In this document: in pieces, positions 10,147-19,115 of the stretch
How the letters are laid out: the number at the start of each line of letters is the position of its first letter
Numbering within the stretch: position 1 is the stretch's first letter
DNA from: Nitrososphaerota archaeon
Lineage (GTDB): Archaea > Thermoproteota > Nitrososphaeria > Nitrososphaerales > Nitrosopumilaceae
NCBI GenBank assembly: GCA_022562615.1
Contig: JADFOW010000002.1
Span: forward strand, 4,208-66,272
Direction of reading: 5' to 3'
DNA: 62,065 nt
Notes under the pieces: model-generated
Database searches by the model: none
Told to the model about the DNA's origin: nothing
The model's input: the letters and a program-made list of their open reading frames with translations, nothing else
Position numbers and translations under genes: made by a program

Positions 10147-11241
10147 TTATTTTTCTGCTACAAAACTTTCGCAGGCTTCCTTTGCTTTTATATCAGCCAT
10201 TTGTTCTATAGGATGTTTCATTAAATATGCACTAGCAGGTCTTAACGGACCGCCAACACCTCTATCAAGAGCGATTTTAGCTAATCTAATTGCATCAATT
10301 ACAATTCCAGCAGAATTTGCTTTGTCATCCACTTCTAGACGAACTTCCATGTTATATGGAATGTTTGCCCACTGCCTTCCTTCAATCCTCATAAACATTA
10401 GTTTGGTATTACCCAAAAATGGAATAAAATCAGATGGCCCAACATAAATTTGATCATCATCTAGTCTTGTAGCAAGTTGGCTTTGAACGCTTTCGGTTTT
10501 GGAGATTCTTTTAGATGCCAGTCTATCTTGTTCTTTCATGTTTAGAAAGTCAGTGTTCCCGCCAACGTTGATTTGATATGTTCTCTCAATTTTAGTTCCA
10601 CGATCACTGCATAATTTTGCCAGTGTCCTATGTACTATAGTTGCGCCAACTTGCCCTTTAATATCATCACCAATTACAGGAATATTTTTTTCTTCAAATT
10701 TCTTGGCCCACTTTTCATCTGAGGCTATGAATGAAGGGATACAATTTACAAAAGCAATATTGTTATCAAGGCAGATATTTGCCCAAAATTCGGTTACTTT
10801 ATCAGAACCCACAGGTAAATAAGAGACTAGAATTTCAGTCCCAGTTTCTTTGAGGACCGTTTTGATTTCTTCTTTTAATTGTTCGTCGGTTTTATTGCTT
10901 TTAATTGGTTTTATTCTGTTCTCTACCCATAATCCAACACCGTCTAAGGCAGGGCTTTCGTACACTTTAGCATCGGTTTTTGGCATAGATTCTTTTGGTA
11001 TCCAATCAACCATGTTAGGATATTCGTAAATTGCTTCATTGAGGTGTTTGCCAATTTTATTTTCGCCTACATCAAAACCACATACAAAATCAACATCATG
11101 TATTCCATAACCTGCCAAGTTATCATGAATTATACCTGTTACTTCTTGTGTTGGGTTTTGTTGATAATATTCTATACCTTGAATTAATCCTGCAAAACAA
11201 TTACCAATTCCTATTAATCCAACTTTGATTCTTCCCGTCAT
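10147..11241 (-). CDS. ino1: myo-inositol-1-phosphate synthase
   Basis: Rossmann N-terminus KVGLIGIGNCFAGL, motifs NVGGNTDFLN and SKRISKTES. The ATG at 11241 gives the conventional N-terminus; the track start 11295 adds 18 aa. Confidence 0.85.
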   Translation of the reverse strand: MTGRIKVGLIGIGNCFAGLIQGIEYYQQNPTQEVTGIIHDNLAGYGIHDVDFVCGFDVGENKIGKHLNEAIYEYPNMVDWIPKESMPKTDAKVYESPALDGVGLWVENRIKPIKSNKTDEQLKEEIKTVLKETGTEILVSYLPVGSDKVTEFWANICLDNNIAFVNCIPSFIASDEKWAKKFEEKNIPVIGDDIKGQVGATIVHRTLAKLCSDRGTKIERTYQINVGGNTDFLNMKEQDRLASKRISKTESVQSQLATRLDDDQIYVGPSDFIPFLGNTKLMFMRIEGRQWANIPYNMEVRLEVDDKANSAGIVIDAIRLAKIALDRGVGGPLRPASAYLMKHPIEQMADIKAKEACESFVAEK

Positions 11242-11343
11242 TTGAAATTTGTCATCTTTTGGCTGGTTTAAAGGTACCTTGAAAAGAACATACAATTAAA
11301 ATTCCGTAGGCAGAATTTTATACATGACATCAAAAGCCAAACC

Positions 11344-12285
11344 ATGCTAAAGCCGGGTCGTCCCGTCAAAGATGTTGAGATTAATTCAAGTACAACTATC
11401 GAAAAAATTTTTGAAGAGTTATCTAAATCGGGTGGGTTTGAAGCAGTAAATCTATCAGATGGATTAGAAATTTTATCAGATATGATTTCGGATAAAAAAT
11501 GTCTAAAATTTATTTCGTTTGTGGGGGCCGTGGTATCTACTGGTCTTCGTGGAATTATCAAGGATATGATAAAAAATAACTGGTTCGATGTTGTAATCAC
11601 TACTTGTGGTGCATTAGATCATGATATTGCTCGACATTATTCCCACTACCAAGAAGGATCTTTTACCATGGATGATGGAGAATTGGCGGATCAAAATATT
11701 CACAGGTTAGGAAACATTTTGGTTCCAATGGAAAGTTATGGTCCCCTAATAGAAGAAAAAATGCAGGTTTTTTTAGAAGAAGAATATCAAAAAGGAGTAA
11801 AAGAAATGTCTTCTGCAGACATATGCAAAATGATAGGAAGACATCTAGGTGAAGATTCTTTTCTTCACTGGGCTTTTAAAAATAATGTAAAGGTAATAGT
11901 TCCCGGAATCGTGGATGGTGCAGTAGGAAGTCAAATCTGGATGTTTTCCCAAAAACATAGTGATTTTAAATTAAATTTGATCGACGATGCCAATTTGTTA
12001 TCAGGATTGATCTTCAAGGCCGAAAAATCGGGTGCGTTAATGATTGGTGGAGGAATATCAAAACATCATACCTTATGGTGGAATCAATATAGAGAAGGAT
12101 TGGATTATGCGTTTTACATAACAACTGCTCAAGAATTTGATGGAAGTTTGAGTGGCGCCCTGATAAGAGAAGCCATTTCTTGGGGAAAAGTTACACAAAA
12201 AGCCAGACAAACTACATTGCATGCGGAAGTTACAACAATTTTGCCATTCATTTATGCTGCACTTTTATCAAGATTAAAAAAATAG
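11344..12285 (+). CDS. dys: deoxyhypusine synthase
   Basis: 313 aa. Motifs ITTCGALDHD, VPGIVDGAVGS and GGGISKHH are typical of DHS. Confidence 0.9.
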   Translation: MLKPGRPVKDVEINSSTTIEKIFEELSKSGGFEAVNLSDGLEILSDMISDKKCLKFISFVGAVVSTGLRGIIKDMIKNNWFDVVITTCGALDHDIARHYSHYQEGSFTMDDGELADQNIHRLGNILVPMESYGPLIEEKMQVFLEEEYQKGVKEMSSADICKMIGRHLGEDSFLHWAFKNNVKVIVPGIVDGAVGSQIWMFSQKHSDFKLNLIDDANLLSGLIFKAEKSGALMIGGGISKHHTLWWNQYREGLDYAFYITTAQEFDGSLSGALIREAISWGKVTQKARQTTLHAEVTTILPFIYAALLSRLKK

Positions 12286-12335
12286 TTTTCTTTTTTTGAC
12301 AAATATTATTATTTAATACCGTTCTACCTAATTCA

Positions 12336-13049
12336 TTGTATCCCCGAATTATAATCAAAGAACTAAGACCTTTGAATCTAGAAGGAGGTTATTTGATTGA
12401 TGGTTTTCCATCAGTAGGATTTTGCAGTGCTATTGCAGCAGAATCAATGATACACACCTCACAATTCAAATTAGCAGGAATAATTGATTCAGATGTTTTT
12501 CCACCTATTAGTTTGATAAAAGATGGAAAGCCCAATTACCCTACACGTATTTTTGTAAATGATGAACTAAAAGTTGCGGCATTTGTGTCACATCTTACAT
12601 TAGAAGCATCACTTCATAGAGGTATCGCAAAAAAAATGCTAAGATGGGCAAAAAATCAAAAAATATCTCTCATAGTAAGTAGCATATCAGTAAAATCTAC
12701 AGAAAAGAATGAAGAAATACTTGCTGTTGGAAGCACCGATAGTGCTACAAAAAAAATAAAAGAGTCTGGGATAAAAATTCTAGAAAATGGAACTATTCCA
12801 GGAATTCCTGGCATGTTACTAAATGAAGGAAGTTTGACTGAACAGGATGTAATTGTAATTCTTATTCATTCAGATGGAGTGAGTCCAGACTTTAGGTCTA
12901 GTGCAAATCTTTGCATGGCAATATCGCAATTAATTCCAGGTACATCATGTAATATTCCTGCTTTGCAAGAAGAAGCAAAAAAAGTGGAACAAGTGATCAA
13001 AAAGGATGTTGAGGAAGCATGGCATCTAAAAGACTCGATGTATAGATAA
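12336..13049 (+). CDS. PAC2/Pba-type proteasome assembly chaperone family protein
   Basis: N-terminal GGYLIDGFPSVGF pattern of the PAC2/COG1938 family. C-terminus ends in the HbYX-type tripeptide M-Y-R. TTG start. Confidence 0.7.
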   Translation: MYPRIIIKELRPLNLEGGYLIDGFPSVGFCSAIAAESMIHTSQFKLAGIIDSDVFPPISLIKDGKPNYPTRIFVNDELKVAAFVSHLTLEASLHRGIAKKMLRWAKNQKISLIVSSISVKSTEKNEEILAVGSTDSATKKIKESGIKILENGTIPGIPGMLLNEGSLTEQDVIVILIHSDGVSPDFRSSANLCMAISQLIPGTSCNIPALQEEAKKVEQVIKKDVEEAWHLKDSMYR

Positions 13050-13071
13050 TCCCTAAAAAAATTTTAAAAAT

Positions 13072-13332
13072 TTAACCACAATCTAAAATTTCCACTTCTG
13101 GTGTACATTGCATATTAAACGAGTCGATTTTTTGTACCAATTCCTCACAAAATTCAGGGTCTAAAGAAGTTTCATAAGACTTCAAATCATTTACTATTGT
13201 AATATGTCTGATTCCACAGGAACTATCAGAAATTAGTATAAACAATAGAATAAACGAGACTCCAACAATTAAGATAATTACATTTTTAATTTTTTTATTT
13301 TTTAGTAATGTCAAGTTCGAGCGTAGAAACAT
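13072..13332 (-). CDS. small membrane-anchored Cys-containing protein
   Basis: From the ATG at 13332: basic N-terminus, one TM helix (VIILIVGVSFILLFILI), then a 55-aa domain with 4 Cys. Overlaps the Alba 3' end by 38 nt (20 nt if the TTG at 13314 is used). Confidence 0.4.
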   Translation of the reverse strand: MFLRSNLTLLKNKKIKNVIILIVGVSFILLFILISDSSCGIRHITIVNDLKSYETSLDPEFCEELVQKIDSFNMQCTPEVEILDCG

Positions 13333-13825
13333 TTCGTTTTTTCCCATCTTGAGACAAAAGAGAGTCAGATGAAATTCTAACATCGCTGATTTCGTATCCA
13401 ACCGTATCCATTCTTTTAACTATCATTTGGGAAACATCTACCGCTTGGGTGATTCTCTTCCCTCTTGCTTTAATGGTAACCAATGGTAGAGTTGAAAGTT
13501 GTGTGAGTGTAGCTGCAACATATGACATGATTGGTTTAGTTCCAATGTAAATTACATCGTGTGCTTCTCGAGTAGTGGATTTGGTTGTTTCTTCAGTAGT
13601 GGATTCAGTTTTAGGCTCTGGTGATTCAAGTTGTGGTTTTGGCTCTGGTGATTCAAGTTGTGGTTTTGACTCTGGTGATTCAAGTTGTGGTTCTGGTTCT
13701 GATTCAATTTGTGGTTCTGATTCTGATTCAATTGGTGGTTCTGGTTCTTGTTTTTTTGAATCTTGTGAATCTTGAAATTCGGATAAAATATCTTCAGCAT
13801 CTTTAGTCTTTTTGGAGGCACTCAA
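13295..13825 (-). CDS. albA: Alba (Sac10b) DNA/RNA-binding protein with N-terminal acidic Pro-rich repeat extension
   Basis: C-terminal ~95 aa carry the Alba pattern (VIYIGTKPIMSYV...VTIKARGKRITQAVDVSQ...VSTLELDI). The N-terminal ~80 aa are tandem PQLESPEPK-type repeats. Confidence 0.85.
   Translation of the reverse strand: MSASKKTKDAEDILSEFQDSQDSKKQEPEPPIESESEPQIESEPEPQLESPESKPQLESPEPKPQLESPEPKTESTTEETTKSTTREAHDVIYIGTKPIMSYVAATLTQLSTLPLVTIKARGKRITQAVDVSQMIVKRMDTVGYEISDVRISSDSLLSQDGKKRNVSTLELDITKK
13614..13742. repeat. in-frame tandem repeats (3 x 27 bp, then 2 x 24 bp) inside the Alba 5' region
   Basis: ggctctggtgattcaagttgtggtttt repeated at 13614, 13641 and 13668 (1-3 mismatches). Followed by 24-bp units ggttctgattcaatttgtggttct and gattctgattcaattggtggttct. 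Confidence 0.9.
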
Positions 13826-14115
13826 TTTGATTTTCCTTCGATAATAAAATCGTCATTTCCTTTTATTAAATTTTTAATATCCGCATGTTGGACATAATCT
13901 TCAAAAATTTTTTCCACTTCGTCATCATTTGTACTGTTTTTGATTTGATTTACCAGATCTTCTTCCTCGATCTCATAGCAATTTAGAAAATCTTGTGAGT
14001 CTTTGTACACTAAGAGAACTTTATTTTTAAAAATGCAATGATAAAGATGCTCTTTTTCCATATTTTCAGGTTTGATGTGTATTCCATCGTTGTTAGAAGT
14101 TACAGGATAATCCAC
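13822..14115 (-). CDS. hypothetical acidic protein
   Basis: 97-aa ORF with a GTG start. Its stop overlaps the Alba ATG by 4 nt. No motif recognised. Confidence 0.5.
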   Translation of the reverse strand: MDYPVTSNNDGIHIKPENMEKEHLYHCIFKNKVLLVYKDSQDFLNCYEIEEEDLVNQIKNSTNDDEVEKIFEDYVQHADIKNLIKGNDDFIIEGKSN

Positions 14116-14187
14116 AAAATTATTGAAATTTAAGAGTATTTAGATGAATACGTAATACAGTAATAATCAAACCAAGTATTCTAATCA

Positions 14188-15282
14188 TTGGAAACTAGGA
14201 TAGTTTTCCACATAGACTTTGATTACTTTTATGCTCAGTGTGAGGAGATCAGAAACCCAGATTTACAATCAAAACCTGTTTGTGTATGTGTTTTTTCAAA
14301 TAGAGGAGGAGACAGCGGTGCTATTGCAACTGCAAATTATACTGCAAGAAAGTTTGGAGTAAAATCAGGACTTCCAATTAGTTTTGCAAAAAAAAGATTG
14401 GAGGATCAAAAAGATGCCGTTTTTTTACCTGTGGATTTTGATTACTACATAGGCATATCTGAAAAAGCCATGGAGATTATGAAAAAACATGCTGATATTT
14501 TTGAGTATGTAGGAAAGGATGAAGCATATTTGGATGTCACAAAAGAGGTAAATTACAATTGGGGGAAAGCTGAAAATTTGGCCTTTAAAATAAAAAAGGA
14601 AATTAAAAAAAAATTGAATCTTACTTGTTCAATCGGAATTTCACCAAATAGGCTTATTTCAAAAATCGCCTCTAACTTTCAAAAACCTAATGGATTAACA
14701 ATGGTGTTGCCAGAAAAAGTTGATGAGTTTTTAGCGCCTTTAAAAATTAGAGATATTCCGGGTATCGGTAGAAAAACAGAAGAAAGATTTTCTGAAATGA
14801 ATCTTCAAACAATAAGGGACCTAAAAGAACTAGATGTGTTTACTCTCAACAAAGAATTTGGAAGAAAAAATGGAACTTACCTATTCAACTCAGTAAGAGG
14901 CATAGACAACGAGCCAGTAAAGATAAGAGAACCAAATATACAGTATAGCAAAATCGTTACGTTGAAAAAAGATTCAATGGAATTTGATTTTCTTTTAGAA
15001 AATTTAAAACAATTGTGTAACGAATTGCACCAAGTTGTTTTTAATAAAAATAAAATGTTCAAATCTGTTGGAATACAACTAGTACAATCAGATTTATCAA
15101 ATAAAACAAAATCAAAAATGCTCAAAAACCCAACATTAAATTTGGAAGAATTACAAAAAAATGTAGAACAGTTATTAAAAAATGCTTTGGAGGAACAAAA
15201 AATACCCATAAGAAGAATTGGAGTAAAAGTATCTGAACTCTCGGAGATACGAGATCAAAGTAGTATCACAAACTACTTTTGA
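14188..15282 (+). CDS. dinB: Y-family DNA polymerase IV (DinB/Dbh)
   Basis: IVFHIDFDYFYAQCE catalytic N-terminus, SIGISPNRLISKIAS, HhH PGIGRKT. C-terminal PIP box QSSITNYF. TTG start. Confidence 0.9.
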   Translation: METRIVFHIDFDYFYAQCEEIRNPDLQSKPVCVCVFSNRGGDSGAIATANYTARKFGVKSGLPISFAKKRLEDQKDAVFLPVDFDYYIGISEKAMEIMKKHADIFEYVGKDEAYLDVTKEVNYNWGKAENLAFKIKKEIKKKLNLTCSIGISPNRLISKIASNFQKPNGLTMVLPEKVDEFLAPLKIRDIPGIGRKTEERFSEMNLQTIRDLKELDVFTLNKEFGRKNGTYLFNSVRGIDNEPVKIREPNIQYSKIVTLKKDSMEFDFLLENLKQLCNELHQVVFNKNKMFKSVGIQLVQSDLSNKTKSKMLKNPTLNLEELQKNVEQLLKNALEEQKIPIRRIGVKVSELSEIRDQSSITNYF

Positions 15283-16208
15283 GAATTACCTTCAGCCTCT
15301 AACTTTTTGAGCCTCCTTGTTTCAATCAATATTACTATCAAAAGGAAAACAAAAAGCCATGGCAAGAACATTATTTCTCCTGCAACAGAATGAAATTCTT
15401 CCCATTGTTCGGCATTGGTGGTAACTTTTAGTGCATACCATGATAAGGAAAATATCCTGATCATGTTTACAATGATGGTGCCTATGATCCCCAGAATAAA
15501 GTAAATAGATTTTCTTTTTCTTGGAATATTCATTTTTAAAAGAAATGCGCCCATTACAAGTGAATAGATAATTACGCTATGGACCCCTGCTGAAGGCCAA
15601 AATACCTGAAGAACCATCGTACCATGATCCCCTTTAAGAAACATGATGTTATCACGTGCTGTTGCAACTCCAAGATCAAAAAATCCTATCAGCCAAACAT
15701 TTGCTTGAACAAGATATGGAACAACGTATTGTAGAGGACCAAGTGTATCGTAGGGAAAGAAGGCATCAAGTGAAAGAATGATTGCACTTCCTCCCAAAAA
15801 GATAGGTCCTGCAGGGGCAATTCGAATCCACCTTTTTCCAAAATAAATTGTTAGAGAGACAATAACAAAAATTGTCATTACAATAAAGTCCCACATCCAT
15901 GTCCAAGAATAAATAAGTTCAACGTTGTATTGTTCTGACGAACTTAAAATAAAATCCCGAAGTCCGTATTCAAGACCAACAATATAAGCTATTGTTAGAA
16001 CCGCCAAAGGAACTACTGCCAGCAATTTTTTCGTAGAAATGATAATTCTGAGTCCTACTATTTCAGCAATGATAAATGCCAAGGCAAAAAGAAACCCGCC
16101 TCTACCTTGATTCCAACTTAGGCTAAAACTATCAGGAAACACAACGAGAGCAAATAAAATTGGGCTTGAAATAATTGCAATAGCGATGTAGAGATTTTTA
16201 TTTTGCAC
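15273..16208 (-). CDS. exosortase/archaeosortase-family polytopic membrane protein without cysteine (thaumarchaeosortase-like)
   Basis: About 8 TM helices. Family-like motifs in order: FWPSAGVHSVIIY (Ser where the family has Cys), IVNMIRIF (N..R), FHSVAGEIMF (His). The protein has no Cys at all. GTG start. Confidence 0.6.
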   Translation of the reverse strand: MQNKNLYIAIAIISSPILFALVVFPDSFSLSWNQGRGGFLFALAFIIAEIVGLRIIISTKKLLAVVPLAVLTIAYIVGLEYGLRDFILSSSEQYNVELIYSWTWMWDFIVMTIFVIVSLTIYFGKRWIRIAPAGPIFLGGSAIILSLDAFFPYDTLGPLQYVVPYLVQANVWLIGFFDLGVATARDNIMFLKGDHGTMVLQVFWPSAGVHSVIIYSLVMGAFLLKMNIPRKRKSIYFILGIIGTIIVNMIRIFSLSWYALKVTTNAEQWEEFHSVAGEIMFLPWLFVFLLIVILIETRRLKKLEAEGNSQK

Positions 16209-16252
16209 TATGCTTAAGCAAAAAATTGACCAATAAATATCTCAAGCTTCTT

Positions 16253-16399
16253 CTATTCAAAAATAGAGAATTTCTCAGGGCATTTAAGATGCTCATAATA
16301 TGGACTAGAGGGCAGGTCTTCCACAAAAAATAAGGTTATTACATATTTTTCAGACGTTAGAATTATTTTACTACATTTATTGCAACGGGTATTTTCCAT
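16253..16399 (-). CDS. possible small CxxC...HxxC ORF (48 aa)
   Basis: Hand translation gives MENTRCNKCSKIILTSEKYVITLFFVEDLPSSPYYEHLKCPEKFSIFE. Below the track cut-off. Lies between the nre-like gene and the sortase gene on the same strand. Confidence 0.25.
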   Translation of the reverse strand: MENTRCNKCSKIILTSEKYVITLFFVEDLPSSPYYEHLKCPEKFSIFE

Positions 16400-16456
16400 G
16401 AAGATTTAAGGAGAAAATTCTACTTTACAACGTGGACGTAATTTTATGAAATTACT

Positions 16457-17614
16457 TTAAAAGAAATCAGAAATGGTTTTTTGCCTCATCAATTTTCCGA
16501 TATCTCCATGCGAAAGCCATTCAGATTTACTGATGCTCATCATTTTTGAGGCCAAAGTTATAGCATGATCAAAATTGTCAGCGATGAAGGGTTTTTTCTT
16601 CATAGCTGCCCTAATACCTTCTCTCACTTGCCATACTCCCACAGGAATGGCATATTCGGGCCGAATTTCCCTTAAAATTATTGCTCCTGATTGAATTTTA
16701 TTTTTTGAAAGATATTCAACTATTGCTAATTTTGCAGCAAAGTATGCCCCAGCAATAGCAGGAGGATGGCCAAGTCCCCGTGCATCTTCATGATCAGAAC
16801 CAAATCCCAAAGCCCCGTTGGAATACCAGGCTTCAACCATTTCGTAAATCCACCTATGTGGAAATAAAACAACAGAAAAAAAATTTCCTAAATGTTCATA
16901 GGAAAAAACCTTACACGAGTCTATTAAACTGTAATCAAGTATTTCTTCGACTAGGGATTTTGAAATAATATCATCAGTTGCAGTAATACTCCATTTTGTT
17001 GGGACAAGTTTTCTTTCTTTACCTATCATGCCAACACTAAAACACTTTTGAATTCTAGAAACATCAATTCCAGAATTATACAAATTCAAGATGGCCTCTT
17101 TTGACTTCAAATCCTTATCATAAAAAATTTTTTCAATAGATTTAGTGGAAGAAGAACTAGAAAATTTTGCCGATTTAATCTCCCCGATTGGTCCAAAGGG
17201 CGCACTTTCACCATCAATGGAGATACTTGATACAGATTTGTGAAATTCTAAATCAGAATCAATTGGTTTGGATGACATTGCAACCTCTTGCAAATTTTCT
17301 ATGTATCTTCCCTCAGTTGCATTCACTGAAATTTTTTGAATTCCACGGACTAAATTCAATCGAAAATTAACAATCTCTTCTAAAGATTTTCCAGCCCATT
17401 TTTCAGGATTGTCAAGTAAACTTGTATCGCCATGGATTGGAGGAACCATCGGACCTACACTGACCTTTGGATAATTATAAGAACCTACAAAAATTGATGG
17501 AGGACTGGTTCCACTAATAGAATCGGAGGAAAACAAATTCCCATATTTTGATAAATTTTCATGCCATTTTGCCAAAATAGATCTTCGAATATCTTGAGAG
17601 TTAGAAGACACCAA
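16457..17614 (-). CDS. Nre-family (DUF650/DUF651-like) putative DNA repair protein with PIP box
   Basis: SPPSIFVGSYNYPKVSVGPMVPP pattern recalled from archaeal Nre proteins. The extreme C-terminus QKTISDFF is a canonical PCNA-interacting motif. Confidence 0.55.
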   Translation of the reverse strand: MVSSNSQDIRRSILAKWHENLSKYGNLFSSDSISGTSPPSIFVGSYNYPKVSVGPMVPPIHGDTSLLDNPEKWAGKSLEEIVNFRLNLVRGIQKISVNATEGRYIENLQEVAMSSKPIDSDLEFHKSVSSISIDGESAPFGPIGEIKSAKFSSSSSTKSIEKIFYDKDLKSKEAILNLYNSGIDVSRIQKCFSVGMIGKERKLVPTKWSITATDDIISKSLVEEILDYSLIDSCKVFSYEHLGNFFSVVLFPHRWIYEMVEAWYSNGALGFGSDHEDARGLGHPPAIAGAYFAAKLAIVEYLSKNKIQSGAIILREIRPEYAIPVGVWQVREGIRAAMKKKPFIADNFDHAITLASKMMSISKSEWLSHGDIGKLMRQKTISDFF

Positions 17615-17706
17615 ATTTTATGCGTAAATTTGTGCTATTAACTTGACTATTTTGAAAAATTTACCAAAAGCGGCTAATGTTTAAGGATCAACTTCTCATC
17701 AGAATT

Positions 17707-18645
17707 ATGACAATTAAGAGAATTGTTTCGTTTTTGCCCAGCGCAACTGAATTAATTTACGAACTAGGAGATCAAGAATTGCTTTATGGAGTTACACATG
17801 AATGCAAGTATCCAAAAGATGCACAGACAAAACCTCAAGTGATTAGCTCTGTGATAAATTCTGAAAAATTATCCAGTGATGAAATTAACACCCAGTCTTC
17901 CCAATTACTAAAGGAAGGAAAAGATATTTTTATTTTAAATGAAACAAATTTGAAAAAAGCTAACCCTGACTTGATAATAACTCAAGAAACATGTGAGGTA
18001 TGTGCAGCTCACACCAATCAAGTAAACAAAGCTATTCGTATTTTAGCCAAAAAACCCACAGTTTATTCAATGGATCCACATAACTTGGAGGAAATTTTAA
18101 CATCCGTAACTGAAATTGGAGAAATTCTTGGAAAAAACAAGAGATCTAAAGAAATTAGAACAGAACTTTGGGAGAAAATTTCACACATAAAGAAAGTGTC
18201 AAATTCAAGAAAAACAAAAGTTCTTGCAATAGAGTGGATTGAACCTTTTTTCACAGCAGGTCATTGGGTTCCAGAAATGATTGAATTTGCAGGTGGAATA
18301 AACATGATTAGTAAAATAGGTGAACATTCTAGAAAAATGACCTTTTATGAAATATCGAAATCAGATCCTGAAATAATTATTCTTATGCCATGCGGCTTTG
18401 ATACTGAGCGAACAGTTAAGGAATATAATAAAATACTAAAAAATGATTCAGATTGGATTAAATTGAGAGCTGTTAAAAATAAAAAAATTTTTGCAGTTGA
18501 TGCTAACTCATTTTTCAGTAAACCAAGCATTCGAACCATCACAGGATTGGAAATACTAGCAAAAATTATTCAACCTGAAAATTTTGTAAATCTTAATGTT
18601 CCAAGTAATTCATTTTATAATGTAATTGAGCCTATTCTGGCTTGA
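17707..18645 (+). CDS. BtuF/FhuD-type (cobalamin or Fe-siderophore class) binding protein, no signal peptide
   Basis: KRIVSFLPSATELIYELGDQELLYGVTHECKYP is the hallmark N-terminus of this binding-protein class. The ATG at 17707 is preferred over 17677. Confidence 0.7.
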   Translation: MTIKRIVSFLPSATELIYELGDQELLYGVTHECKYPKDAQTKPQVISSVINSEKLSSDEINTQSSQLLKEGKDIFILNETNLKKANPDLIITQETCEVCAAHTNQVNKAIRILAKKPTVYSMDPHNLEEILTSVTEIGEILGKNKRSKEIRTELWEKISHIKKVSNSRKTKVLAIEWIEPFFTAGHWVPEMIEFAGGINMISKIGEHSRKMTFYEISKSDPEIIILMPCGFDTERTVKEYNKILKNDSDWIKLRAVKNKKIFAVDANSFFSKPSIRTITGLEILAKIIQPENFVNLNVPSNSFYNVIEPILA

Positions 18646-19114
18646 GTTTGCATTCTACTCTTAACGATTTTACTGTGGTAAAGTAAATAATTGCCAATAA
18701 GGCAATGGCGATAATTCTAATTGGAATTTCATAGTTAGTAAGAAATGCCAAAGATGTTGCACCAACACTTCCAAAAGTAGAGATGATTGCAAAGCCGATA
18801 GGGCCACAACTACAGGCTCCTGCTGCTGCTCCAATAAAAGAACCAAATATGCTTCCACCAATTTTACCTTTTGAATTTTTCAAGATATTAATTCTGTAAA
18901 TATTCATAGGAAGAACTAAAGCAGACAGTGCCGATAAAATAATAATTAGCGAAAAACCCAATTCTGTTCCTTTTGGAATTTGTCCTACAAAATAGGGTTC
19001 AAGAAAAATAAACTCAGATAAAATAAGTAGTACGAATAACATAGGAAGGAAAATTCCTATCGCTAATAGAGAATATCTAAAATTTGAGAATACGATCTTT
19101 AGAGTTTCAACCAT
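18632..19114 (-). CDS. 4-TM membrane protein with intramembrane CSC motif
   Basis: 160 aa, four hydrophobic helices. The third contains GAAAGACSCGPIGF. The start lies 1 nt after the stop of the upstream DsbA-like gene. Confidence 0.6.
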   Translation of the reverse strand: MVETLKIVFSNFRYSLLAIGIFLPMLFVLLILSEFIFLEPYFVGQIPKGTELGFSLIIILSALSALVLPMNIYRINILKNSKGKIGGSIFGSFIGAAAGACSCGPIGFAIISTFGSVGATSLAFLTNYEIPIRIIAIALLAIIYFTTVKSLRVECKLKPE

Positions 19115-19115
19115 A

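Noticed and set aside
11268-11600. 110-aa minus-strand ORF
   Set aside because: It is antisense to the 5' part of the deoxyhypusine synthase gene and to the divergent promoter region. No features.
13552-13821. Alternative-frame ORFs over the Alba repeat region (NQNQNH... and GDSSCG... products, both strands)
   Set aside because: They are by-products of the in-frame tandem repeats. Only the frame continuing into the Alba domain makes a coherent protein.
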